Positions 20,621 through 29,941 of a stretch of 64,000 nt of DNA are shown here, one piece after another. The translations under genes were made by a program, and so were the position numbers. The notes under the pieces are model-generated. The model saw nothing but the letters and a program-made list of their open reading frames with translations. It did not search any database and was not told the origin of the DNA. This DNA comes from an uncultured Planctomycetaceae bacterium (GTDB taxonomy: Bacteria > Planctomycetota > Planctomycetia > Isosphaerales > Isosphaeraceae), in contig CAWIAD010000002.1 in assembly GCA_963833985.1 (NCBI GenBank), positions 480,001-544,000 on the forward strand. Reading direction: 5' to 3'. Every line of letters starts with the position of its first letter. The first letter of the stretch is position 1.

Positions 20621-20674
20621 ATGGCCGGACCGGTGCGAAAGAGGTTCGTGCTCAGCCTTCGGAGCGCGATGCTT
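20621..20674 (+). pseudogene. Truncated duplicate of the LRR gene (first 18 codons)
   Basis: 20515-20674 nearly matches 13223-13382 (MAGPVRKRFVLSLRSAML), then is cut by IS3. Confidence 0.85.
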
Positions 20675-22269
20675 TGTCTTGCTTCAGCCGGAAATGGAGA
20701 GACGTCGCACCCGAGTTATACTACAACTCGGCAGGAGTCTCACCATGCGAAAGCCCCGCAAGAACTATACGCCTGTCGAGAAGGTCGCCATCCTCCGGCG
20801 CCACCTCATCGATCGCGTCGCCGTTTCCGATCTCTGCGACGAGCACCAGCTGTCGCCCACGTTGTTCTACCTCTGGCAGAAGCAGTTCTTCGAGGGGGGC
20901 ACGGCGGCCTTCCAGCGCAAGAACGGACCCTCTGAGAGCCAGCACCTTCGCACCATCGCAGCCCTCCGCGACAAGCTCCAGCGCAAGAATGAAGTCGTCG
21001 CCGAGCTCATGGAGGAACACATCCAGCTAAAAAAAGAGCTTGGGGAGCTCTGACCAAGGCATGGGTTCCCCACGATACCCGCGACGGCATCGTTGACTTC
21101 GTCAGGCGCTGGTCGCAGCGAACCGAGATCCCCGTCGCCAGGTTCATCACCTGGCTGGGGATCGCAGCCAGCAAGTTCCAGAACTGGAAGACTGGCTATG
21201 GACTGGCCAACGAGCACAATGCCTTGGTTCCACGCGACTGGTGGCTGGAGCCGTGGGAAAAGCGAGCCATCATCGAGTTCCACAAGGACCATCCCGTCGA
21301 CGGCTACCGGCGACTGGCGTTCATGATGCTCGACGGCGATGTCGTCGCGGTCAGCCCTTCCAGCGTCTATCGCGTGCTCCGTGATGCGTGGTTGGTAAAG
21401 CATCATAACAGCAAACCTTCACTCAAAGGCAAAGGCTTCCAGCAGCCACTTTTGCCCCACGAGCACTGGCACGTGGACATGTCGCACATCAACGTCGCCG
21501 GCACGTTCTACTCGCTTTGCAGCCTGCTCGACGGCTGCAGCCGGTTCATCGTCCACTGGGAGATCCGCGCGAGCATGACCGAGGCTGAAGTCGAGACGAT
21601 CATCCAGCGCGCACGCGAGCGATACCCTGACGCCCGCCCGCGGATCATCTCTGACAACGGGCCCCAGTTCATCGCCAGGGATTTCAAGGAGTTCATTCGG
21701 ATTTGCGGTATGACACATGTGAGAACATCGCCATATTATCCGCAAAGCAACGGCAAGATCGAGCGCTGGCACCGCTCGCTGAAATCCGAGTGCATCCGGC
21801 CCGGCGTGCCGCTGTCGCTGGAGGATGCCCGTCGTCTCGTGGAACGTTATGTTGATCACTACAATCAAGTGCGTCTTCATTCTGCGATCGGTTACATCGC
21901 CCCGGCCGACAAGCTGGCCGGCCGTGGTCCAGCGATCTTCGCCGACCGCGACCGTAAGCTGGAGACTGCCCGTGAAAGGAGGGAACAGGTGCGTGCGACG
22001 ACCCGAGCGACGGGTTGATCACAGGGAGGCAATTGTCTCGTTCAGCTCGGGGCGGCTACGATGAGAGATGGCCTGGGCGGAGGGTAGGGCAACGTGGCGA
22101 CACGACCTGAGCGCCGACCCAGGGACCAAGACAGAAGGGGGCGGCACGATGCCGCCCTGTCTTCTCCTTCGGGATTGGTAAGAAAGCGGAAAACCGGTCC
22201 ATCTGTGTGAGTGTTCACTCCACCTTATCTTTCGACCCCGGTTTCTCCATTTCACGCTGAACCATTACA
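20675..22269 (+). mobile_element. IS3 family insertion sequence
   Basis: TG...CA ends; imperfect TIRs TGTCTTGCTTCAGCCGGAAATGGAGA / TCTCCATTTCACGCTGAACCATTACA; no TSD visible. Confidence 0.9.
20745..22018 (+). CDS. IS3 transposase OrfA/OrfB with -1 frameshift at the A7 run (21029-21035)
   Basis: OrfA HTH (20745-21053); OrfB WHVDMSHI, IISDNGPQF and PQSNGKIERWH rve motifs in the -1 frame. Confidence 0.92.
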
Positions 22270-22602
22270 CCCTTCTCTCGGGCTGTCCAGCCTCGGACTC
22301 TCGCCAGACAATGTTCAGTAACCGTCCCGTCTCCCCGACTGGTTCCAGGTTCATGCCGGATCCCTGGGATCGATTTCTCTTGAGTGACAGGTGCCCGCAG
22401 GGAAGGCTTTCGGTGAAATGACCGGAGACACAACTCTGCCCGGTAATATCACTCGCCAGCTTTGCATGCCTGAGATCAATTGCCGTCGTGTTTCTCCTAC
22501 TCTTTCGCAAGCTCAAAATCCGCTTCTGTTTGCGGAAGGGAGAAGGGGCAGGCGACAGGCTTTGATGTTCGCGAGGCGTGTCCGGTGGTGGGGATTGAGC
22601 AT

Positions 22603-24531
22603 TCAGGCCCCGGCGCCAGAGGACCTCAGCAACGGCACGATGTCGTGATGCCCGCGCTTCGTGGCCCACGCCAGAGGGGTTGCCCACGGTTCCGCATCCG
22701 CCTCCACGGGGTCCGCGCCGCGTTCCAGGTACAGTCGGACAAGCTCGACGCGTCCCCAGCGGCAGGCCCAGCCGAGCGGCGTCGAGTGGAGCAGCGAATC
22801 GCGTATCGTCAGCGACGCGCCAGCGTCGAGAAGCATCGCCGCGCGCTTGCAGTGCTCATTCTCGGGAGGCGCGAATGCCCCGCTGCGCCCCGCGACCGGC
22901 GTGGTCAGGTGATGGAGCATCGTGTAGCCGCCTTCGAAGGGTATATCGACATCGACTCCGTGATCGAGAACGAGCTTCAAACCCTCGGGCAGCCTGGCGG
23001 TCATGAGCACGCCATTCCACCACGGATCGTCGCGCTTTCGCGTGAGATGCGGCAGACACATCCGTATGAATTCCGGTTCACCGCCGCAGAGGAACTCGGC
23101 TGCTTGTTTGGCTGTTAAGGGCTCAGTGCCATCCAGACAGTACGCGGTCACGGCGCCGTCGAGAATCGCTCGAGCGATTTCCGGGTCCGCCACACTCTCG
23201 ACCGTGAGCCGCGCTCCGTGCTTGCGCAAGAGCGCCTTCATCTTCTCGTCTTCGGCTCTGCCCATCGAATCGCCACACGCGCAGACGACCGCATCGACGT
23301 CCGCGCCGCGTGTCAGCAGCAACTCGGCGATTTCGTGCCGGCCGCACATGGACGCGAACCAAAGAGGCATGCCGGAGCTTTCTCCGCCATCGAACTCATT
23401 GGGATCGAGACCGAGGTCGAGCAGCGTGGCGACCATGTCGAGCCGGTTCACGCGCACGGCGATCCCGAGCAAGCCTCCGCGGAAGATGTGGATCTCGTTC
23501 GGGAGCTGGCCTTCGCGATGCATCCGCAACGCAGCCTCGCGGTCGCCGAGGGCCACGGCTGCGCGGGGCGTGAACTCGGCCCCCTTCTCGAGCAGAAGGC
23601 GCGCCGTCTCGTAGAACCGCGCCGGATCGACATGCACGTTCTCCATGAAATAGAAAAACGAGGCGATTCCCTCCGGCGCCCAGCCGGCAACGATGGCCGC
23701 GAAATCGAGCGGTGTTTTGCCGCTTTTCGGCAGATCATCGCATCGTGGATCCGAGCGCGACGCGAGGGCGGCGGGCGAGGCGCCACGGTCGAGAAGCCAG
23801 CCCACAAGCGTGGGAGCGTGCTTCCAGGCCGCCAGATGCAGCGGCGTGATCCCATCAACGTCGCAAGCACCGATGAGCGCCGGGTCGGCTTCCATCAAGG
23901 CGATGGCCTCCGCGGCGCGGCCTTTGAAAATGGCCTGCCGCAGCGCATCGAACGCGTTGAGGGTGGATGCTGCCTCCTGGTTTGTTCGAGCGTGGCGATT
24001 TTCTTCCTCGCGCTCGATGGCCGCGACGATCTCGCTGTACTCGCGGTCGACGGCGATGGCATATGCCGAGGTCACGTCCCGGTGCGGCCAGACGCCAACG
24101 CGTGCGTCCGCCCCGAGCTGCATCAAGACACGGGTCAGCTCCTCATCGCGGCTCAGCACGGCGCGCCGCAGCGAGCTGTCGCGCAAACTGGTGTGTTGGT
24201 TGATCACGTCGGGACGGGTTTTGGCGAGCCGCCGCACAGCCGCCACATCACCGGCTTCGGCAACCGCGAGGAGTGCCGCGAAGTTCACGCCCTCTACGTG
24301 ATTCTTCAGCCCGGGCCAACTCGAAAAGCCGTAAGCTCGCGCCAGGACTCGCTGCGCGTCGGCCAAAGCGAAATTCGCTGGATCGCGACTCCCTTCGAAT
24401 CGCTCGATTTCGGCGACGGCTGCCTCCTCGCCGGCTCGACACGCCTCGAGCAGTTCCTTGGCCTGCTTGCGGAGCTGGGCGAGACTCGGCTCGTCCGGGA
24501 GAGTACGCGTGGACGGAGGCTGAGAAGACAT
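22603..24531 (-). CDS. Ankyrin repeat protein with N-terminal LPxxPxLxQLRKQAKEL...ARxYGFxSW domain
   Basis: Ankyrin motifs TPLHLAAW, TPLDFAA, PLWFAS, TPLGWAC and TPLAWA; AAGGAGG SD before the ATG at 24531. Confidence 0.9.
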   Translation of the reverse strand: MSSQPPSTRTLPDEPSLAQLRKQAKELLEACRAGEEAAVAEIERFEGSRDPANFALADAQRVLARAYGFSSWPGLKNHVEGVNFAALLAVAEAGDVAAVRRLAKTRPDVINQHTSLRDSSLRRAVLSRDEELTRVLMQLGADARVGVWPHRDVTSAYAIAVDREYSEIVAAIEREEENRHARTNQEAASTLNAFDALRQAIFKGRAAEAIALMEADPALIGACDVDGITPLHLAAWKHAPTLVGWLLDRGASPAALASRSDPRCDDLPKSGKTPLDFAAIVAGWAPEGIASFFYFMENVHVDPARFYETARLLLEKGAEFTPRAAVALGDREAALRMHREGQLPNEIHIFRGGLLGIAVRVNRLDMVATLLDLGLDPNEFDGGESSGMPLWFASMCGRHEIAELLLTRGADVDAVVCACGDSMGRAEDEKMKALLRKHGARLTVESVADPEIARAILDGAVTAYCLDGTEPLTAKQAAEFLCGGEPEFIRMCLPHLTRKRDDPWWNGVLMTARLPEGLKLVLDHGVDVDIPFEGGYTMLHHLTTPVAGRSGAFAPPENEHCKRAAMLLDAGASLTIRDSLLHSTPLGWACRWGRVELVRLYLERGADPVEADAEPWATPLAWATKRGHHDIVPLLRSSGAGA

Positions 24532-24783
24532 GATGTCCTCCTTTATGCGGCGATTGGCCGCATGGCTCGGTGTCCGCGTCGCGAGCCGAAAGAAGGTACG
24601 TTGGCAATCAATGGCAATGCATGAGTCAGGTGGGCTCAGCCCTTTCCGCGGACACAGTAGCGTCCTGAACGCTAGCGTCCAGTTTACCAGGGACGGTGCT
24701 CCCGACAAGCGTGACGTACGGGAAAGCCGAATGAGCCGGCTGCGGCTGTCTCGTGGTCGTCGCTTTCGGAGTCGCGCGGCCCC

Positions 24784-24989
24784 GGGGGCAAATGGGGCCA
24801 CCCACCTTCTGGCTCGGGGTGGCAAATGGGGCCACCCACCTTCTGGCTCACGGGCGGCTCGATCGTCGCATCCAGCGACTTATTGGCAGCGTCACCGCCG
24901 GAATTGGCCACTCGACGCAAACTGGAACGGATGGCAGAAGGGTCACCCATCGTCTGATATCTCAGACTGTGGGTGGCCCCGTTTTGTTC
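24784..24989 (+). repeat. Family A element copy 7
   Basis: About 200 bp matching copy 5 with one internal mismatch seen, including the left-end duplication. Confidence 0.93.
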
Positions 24990-24991
24990 GC

Positions 24992-25096
24992 GGATGTGGC
25001 GGCGTGGTGGCCGGATGAAGAGGTCGTGCGGCGCCGTGGGAGACTCTTTCCGCCACGCGACAGGGCGCGGCGGGCACTGCCGGTCTCGGAGGCTTG
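24992..25096 (+). pseudogene. RAYT-like internal fragment between two family A ends
   Basis: DVAAWWPDEEVVRRRGRLFPPRDRARRALPVSEA matches 28905-29010. Confidence 0.8.
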
Positions 25097-25160
25097 TGGA
25101 TGCCAGAGGAGCCAACCATTGGCTGATATCTCAGACTGTGGGCGGCCCCGTTTTGTTTCC
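25097..25160 (+). repeat. Family A copy 8 (right hairpin, fused to RAYT fragment)
   Basis: GGATGCCAGAGGAGCCAACCATTGGCTGATATCTCAGACTGTGGGCGGCCCCGTTTTGTTT. Confidence 0.88.
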
Positions 25161-25296
25161 TTGGATAACCTGGCCGACTGGCGGCTGACATACCCGCGGC
25201 GTCAAGACTCGGTGGTACCGCAGTGCGATTTCCGGCCCGCTTACAAGGCCCAAGAACCGAGAATCCGCCTTCGGTTGCGATTCAGACGTGTGACGT

Positions 25297-26007
25297 TCAA
25301 GCAGCCGACACATTCCGGCGCCAGGCGTAGGCGCCGACAAGCCCGAGCAGACCGATGCCGAGTAGAGCGATGGACGAAGGCTCCGGGATTGGTCCCTGCG
25401 CGTTGCCAAACGTAACCGGCAGAACAAAACTTCCGCCGTAATAGGGTGGGCCGCCCGGACCAGGGCCAAAGGCGATCGTTCCCGTGAGCGCCCCTGGGCC
25501 ATGGAACGTACCAATGGAGTAATTAAAAGCGGAAAAATTCGTCGGTGCCAGCGTCGGGGGCGGAAACAACACAGGCGCTTTCACGGGGTTCACGTAAGGG
25601 ATGATGGGGCTGAAGGAAGAGGAATGAGTCGCGCCGACGATGCTCGCTTCGCCCCCCTGGCCAGCCGGTGGAGGGACGAACGTCCCTGAGAGAGAAATGT
25701 ACTCATATCCAAGCCCTTGGTAATTGTTGTAACCATTCTGAGCAACCAGATCCCCAGTCCCCGTGGATGTCCCGGTGATGGTAATCGAGTCGCTGAATTG
25801 CGTCACGGATTCCGTTGCGGTACCCGTAAAGAACCCATCGCCGTTCTCGAGGGGAAGGGCCGTAACCTGGATGACACCGTTGACCGCTTGAACCCCGTTC
25901 AGCGTGAACGGTATGGAGCCGGCCATCGCCGCTGACATTCCCCCGCACGTCGCCAGAATGACCAGTCCTGCCCTGGCGATCTCATAGGCTTGTGAGCACA
26001 TTTCCAT
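25297..26007 (-). CDS. PEP-CTERM sorting domain protein
   Basis: Signal peptide (AGLVILATCGGMSAAMA); IPEPSSIALLGIGLLGLVGAYAWRR tail; start uncertain. Confidence 0.88.
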   Translation of the reverse strand: MEMCSQAYEIARAGLVILATCGGMSAAMAGSIPFTLNGVQAVNGVIQVTALPLENGDGFFTGTATESVTQFSDSITITGTSTGTGDLVAQNGYNNYQGLGYEYISLSGTFVPPPAGQGGEASIVGATHSSSFSPIIPYVNPVKAPVLFPPPTLAPTNFSAFNYSIGTFHGPGALTGTIAFGPGPGGPPYYGGSFVLPVTFGNAQGPIPEPSSIALLGIGLLGLVGAYAWRRNVSAA

Positions 26008-26581
26008 CTCCTTCGCGGTTTGCAGCGTAGTTGTTGAAATGTACCGACAATTCTTGCCGACCAACGATTCGAATGAACCGTTCTCGCAAGCAGGCCTGAT
26101 GTGACGGCCAGCGTTCTGGCCGCGAGGACCCGCTGACCGTTAGTTAAGCTCGGTCGAATCACAATGTCAACGGAAAAAGAGTCAATTGCAAAAAAATCGT
26201 GTGGGAACGGCGTAATTGCAAAACTGAACATCTCTGTGTATGCAGTGATCATAAAAAGACCGGCAATGCATTCTTGACCTGGGCGGTGGGATTCGGGTGG
26301 CTTGTGCGGACCTTGCTGGGAGGTCTGCTGATGACAAATGCCCGTGCGCATCTGGTGGATCCGACCGTGACCCGCTGGTATCACTGCATCACGCGGTGCG
26401 TGCGGCGGGCGTTCCTGCTGGGGGAGGGAGGGCTCGACCGTAAAGAACGGATCGAACGGCGGTTGCAGGAACCCGCGGAGATCTTGTCCGTGGCCGTGGG
26501 CGGGTGTCAGGCGACACTAAAACTGCCCCCCCTGACGACACTAAAACTGACCCCCTCCTATACACATGACGAGGAGGGGCT

Positions 26582-27922
26582 ATGGACAAGTTGGGATCCG
26601 ATTTGGTCAACCTGCACAGTATGCAGGCGGACCAATCGGACGGAACGAGTGTCCACCTGCGAACCACGCAGGAGGATACCAGGATGCTGCAACCGGGGGT
26701 CGTGGATCGGATCCACGAACTGTCCGGCCAAGGTTTCGGGAGCAAACGGATTGCTCGTGAGTTGGGGATCTCCCGTAACTCGGTCCGCCGTTATCTCGCT
26801 GGAGCCACGGTCGGCTTTCAAGAACGTCCCGCGGCGCGTCGTCTCGACGACGGCACGCTTCGCGAAGTGCACGATCTCTACGGTACTCTTGCCGAGGGAA
26901 ACGCCGTCGTCATTCAACAGGAGCTGGCCAGTCGGGGCATCCACGTCGAGTTGCGAACCTTGCAACGAGCCGTCGTTCCTCTGAGACAGGAACAGCGCGC
27001 TGAGGCTCTGGCCACAGTCCGGTTCGAGACCCCGCCGGGTCAACAAATGCAAATCGATTTTGGTGAGAAGACCGTGCGGATCGCAGGTCAGCCCGTGAAG
27101 GTGCACTTGATGACCGCGGTCCTGGGATACTCGCGCCGGATCTATTGCCGGGCATTTCTCGCCGAACGGCAGGATGATTGGCTCGAGGGAATCGACGGGG
27201 CATTCCGACATTTTGGCGGTCTCACAGAACAGATCCTCTGTGACAACGCGTCACCCTTGGTCGTCTCCCACGACCGCCAGTCCGGTGAGGTCGTGTGGAA
27301 TCCAGGCTTCGAGGCCTTCTGCCGCGATCGTGGAGTTCTTGCCAAGGCGTGCCGTCCCCGCCGCGCGCGAACCAAAGGCAAGATCGAACGGGGCGTCGGC
27401 TACGTCAAGCATAATGCCCTGGCCGGTCGTTCATTCGTTTCCTTCGCTGAGCTGGAACGACACCTGGCAAGGTGGCAGGTTGACGTCGCCGACCAGCGGA
27501 TTCATGGCACCACCAAGGAGCGTCCGGCTGTGCGCTTCGAGCGCGATGAACGAGAGGCTCTGGGGCCTCTGCCCACACGCCCTTTGCCGACGCGGACTCG
27601 TCGGTTGAAGCGTCGCGTGAGCACAGATTGCTTCGTTGATATCGATACAATTCGATATAGCGTGCCCTATCAGCATGTTCGAGAGACCGTCGAAGTGGTC
27701 GTCAAGGAGGAAGACGTCGAGATCTGGTTGCGTGGGACCTGCATCGCCAAACACATGCGGAGCCGCGAGCCCCGCGCCTGGGTTCGCAATCCGATGCACT
27801 TCGAGGGACTGTTCCGCCGCATGAGCGGAGCACAGGCTTTGCCTCCTCCCACGCCGAGCGATAACTCCGGAACCCGCCCGTTGTCAATCTATGCCGAACT
27901 GGTGGAAGGAGGCCGCCTGTGA
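26582..27922 (+). CDS. istA: IS21 transposase IstA
   Basis: HTH IARELGISRNSVRRYL; RFETPPGQQMQIDFG; DN; KGKIER; RIHGTT. Confidence 0.95.
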   Translation: MDKLGSDLVNLHSMQADQSDGTSVHLRTTQEDTRMLQPGVVDRIHELSGQGFGSKRIARELGISRNSVRRYLAGATVGFQERPAARRLDDGTLREVHDLYGTLAEGNAVVIQQELASRGIHVELRTLQRAVVPLRQEQRAEALATVRFETPPGQQMQIDFGEKTVRIAGQPVKVHLMTAVLGYSRRIYCRAFLAERQDDWLEGIDGAFRHFGGLTEQILCDNASPLVVSHDRQSGEVVWNPGFEAFCRDRGVLAKACRPRRARTKGKIERGVGYVKHNALAGRSFVSFAELERHLARWQVDVADQRIHGTTKERPAVRFERDEREALGPLPTRPLPTRTRRLKRRVSTDCFVDIDTIRYSVPYQHVRETVEVVVKEEDVEIWLRGTCIAKHMRSREPRAWVRNPMHFEGLFRRMSGAQALPPPTPSDNSGTRPLSIYAELVEGGRL

Positions 27923-28785
27923 ACCTCCTTGTTGACCCTGATGACCCGCAAGAGGAGCGGATCCTCGCGGCGCTGAAGCGGCTCCAGTTGACTCACCTGC
28001 GTGAGTCTCTCCCCGCAGTTCTGTCCGAGGCGGCCAAGGGGAGCTGGACCTACCTGGAGTTCCTCGATCAGATCCTGCGGCGCGAGATGGACGCCAAGCA
28101 GGGCAAGCGGATCCGGATGGGGATGCAGATCGCCCACTTCCCCTGTGTCCGGACCATCGAGGCGTTTGATTTCGCGTTCCAACCGTCCGTCGACGAGCGG
28201 TTGATCCGGGAGCTGTCGACCGGCAATTTCATCGCTCATGGTGAGAACGTGTTGATATTCGGACCTCCTGGAGTAGGAAAGTCTCATCTGGCCATCGGCC
28301 TCGGCCGAAAAATCGTGGAGCAGGGTCACACGGTTCGATTCACGACGGCCACAGCGCTTTTAGCGGCCCTGGCGAAAGCCGAGACGGAAGGAGGGCTCTC
28401 TGAGAAATTGACCGAGTTCTGCAAGCCTCGCTTGTTGATCATCGACGAACTGGGCTACCTGCCCTTCGAGCGTCGGGCAGCGCACCTGTTCTTCCAGTTG
28501 GTCAACCGCCGATACGAGAAAGGGAGCCTGCTGGTCACGACGAACCAGCGGGTTTCCGAATGGGGAATCGTCTTCGGAGACGAAGTGCTGGCGACGGCAA
28601 TCTTGGATCGGTTACTCCATCACAGCCACACACTTTTGATCACGGGAGAAAGTTATCGTCTGCGGGAGAAGCGTAAGAGCGGATTGATCCGATCGCGGTT
28701 GGCGAACGCCGACCCGGAGAAGCCCCACCTGGGGCCGGAGGTGACGATCGAAAAGGGACACGAGAAGGCCAGCAAGAACCGATAA
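27919..28785 (+). CDS. istB: IS21 helper ATPase IstB
   Basis: GPPGVGKSHLA, LLIIDELGY, AILDRLLHH and GESYR. Confidence 0.95.
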   Translation: MNLLVDPDDPQEERILAALKRLQLTHLRESLPAVLSEAAKGSWTYLEFLDQILRREMDAKQGKRIRMGMQIAHFPCVRTIEAFDFAFQPSVDERLIRELSTGNFIAHGENVLIFGPPGVGKSHLAIGLGRKIVEQGHTVRFTTATALLAALAKAETEGGLSEKLTEFCKPRLLIIDELGYLPFERRAAHLFFQLVNRRYEKGSLLVTTNQRVSEWGIVFGDEVLATAILDRLLHHSHTLLITGESYRLREKRKSGLIRSRLANADPEKPHLGPEVTIEKGHEKASKNR

Positions 28786-29010
28786 CAAGGGAGCATGCTG
28801 GAAGTGGGGATCAGTACACGTCCGAGGGGGTCAGAATTAGTGTCGCCTGACAGCGGGTTCGCCATCCTCGATAACCACCTGCATCTGCTGGTGCGGCTCG
28901 ACCCGGATGTGGCGGCGGGGTGGTCGGATGAAGAGGTCGTGCGGCACTGGGAGAGGCTCTTCCCGCCCCGCGACAAGACGTGGCGGGCCCTGCCGGTGTC
29001 GGGGGCTTGG

Positions 29011-29130
29011 GGATGGCAAAAGGGCCAACCATAGGCTGATATCTCAGACTGTGGGTGGGCCTATTTTGTTTCCGTTACCGGACCTGCGATCCGACAGAAT
29101 GTGGGTGGCCCCATTGCTCCCCCTTTTGAC
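29011..29130 (+). repeat. Family A copy 9 (right hairpin fused to RAYT) plus an extra right-end footprint
   Basis: GGATGGCAAAAGGGCCAACCATAGGCTGATATCTCAGACTGTGGGTGGGCCTATTTTGTTT; TGTGGGTGGCCCCATTG near 29100. Confidence 0.85.
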
Positions 29131-29291
29131 CTGGCTGTCTACGCTTCGCAGGATGAGTTACCTCACCACCACGCAGGACTTGCTTCTGGCTGCTGGTCCG
29201 GCATTGCCAGGCGGGATTCGTACCCGCAGGGTTTCATCGAAAGGTTTCCGAGTTCGTGTCTCTTCCTGCTTTCCAGAGCTTTCCTGACGCA

Positions 29292-29339
29292 AGGACGTAG
29301 TTAGTTTGCTAAACGATCTGCGTTCCCGTTTCGGCTCCC
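29292..29339. repeat. Family C inverted-repeat element (degenerate)
   Basis: Imperfect hairpin ending CTGCGTTCCCGTTTCGGCTCC; same end at 30016-30037. Confidence 0.6.
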
Positions 29340-29345
29340 TGCACT

Positions 29346-29654
29346 TTACGGCTGCCTGTGGAGCCGGGAATCCATCCAGCGCTTCAGCGACTGCTGGCTT
29401 TCGGCGGATCGACGACCCAGCAGTAGACCTTCCACGCTCACGTCCTCGTCAAGCGCGGGCCACTGAATTCCACTTCCACCCCCGATCAGCCGCCAGGCGT
29501 TTCGCTCGCTGGGCGCCGCGTGCCACAATCGCGGATACCAGGTCAGAGGCACGGTCAACGTCCGGCCATCGACAAGTTCGACAGAAAGGGCATCGTCCCG
29601 AATCTCGGCACGGCGAGCAAGGGGCGCTGCCGTCTCAGTTGTGGAAGAAGTCAT
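29346..29654 (-). CDS. DUF2442 domain protein (putative TA partner)
   Basis: LSVELVDGRTLTVPLTWYPRL...GIQWPALDEDVSVEGLL. Confidence 0.9.
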   Translation of the reverse strand: MTSSTTETAAPLARRAEIRDDALSVELVDGRTLTVPLTWYPRLWHAAPSERNAWRLIGGGSGIQWPALDEDVSVEGLLLGRRSAESQQSLKRWMDSRLHRQP

Positions 29655-29871
29655 TCCAGCTCCGGAGCAAAAGTTCCTGGTTCTCCGCGACAATGTCCAG
29701 AAGTCGCCCCAATTCCTTGCTGGAAAACCCATGGCTGCGTTCAAGCCGAACCGGGTCTAGCCAGAACTTGGCGGTGCATTCATCTCGCTCCGCGTGAATA
29801 TGCGGCGGTTCGTCACGATCCCCGGAGTAAAAGAAGAAGCGGAACGGTCCGTCGCGAAAAGCGGTCGGCAT
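29635..29871 (-). CDS. DUF4160 domain protein (putative TA partner)
   Basis: MPT...FRFFFYSGDRDEPPHIH...AKFWL...W..FF. Confidence 0.9.
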   Translation of the reverse strand: MPTAFRDGPFRFFFYSGDRDEPPHIHAERDECTAKFWLDPVRLERSHGFSSKELGRLLDIVAENQELLLRSWNDFFHN

Positions 29872-29941
29872 CGTTCGATTTTACCAGATCAAGATCATTG
29901 CTCGCATCTTCCCGGTGCAATCGGCCGAATCAAAGCGAACC

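Larger units (their letters stand above)
26505..28852 (+). mobile_element. IS21 family insertion sequence
   Basis: TIR TGTCAGGCGACACTAA / TTAGTGTCGCCTGACA; subterminal GACACTAAAACTG repeats; 5-bp TSD GCGGG. Confidence 0.95.
26331..29010 (+). pseudogene. RAYT-like (Y1/HUH) transposase N-terminal part, interrupted by IS21 and truncated by a family A end
   Basis: MTNARAHLVDP...WYHCITRCVRRAFLLG...SVAVGG|FAILDNHLHLLVRLDPD...DEEVVRHW; HUH motif HLH; reading frame restored when the IS and one TSD are removed. Confidence 0.88.

Noticed and set aside
13329..20674. Diversity-generating retroelement TR/VR pair for the LRR duplicate
   Set aside because: No reverse transcriptase is present, the duplicate covers the 5' end rather than a C-terminal variable region, and no adenine-specific pattern is evident.
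18419..25415. ORFs running through family A elements (e.g. 18419-19093, 18839-19129, 20284-21030, 24753-25415, and the N-terminal extension of the ankyrin ORF to 24825)
   Set aside because: The shared peptides are just translations of the repeat; frames and starts are not conserved between copies.
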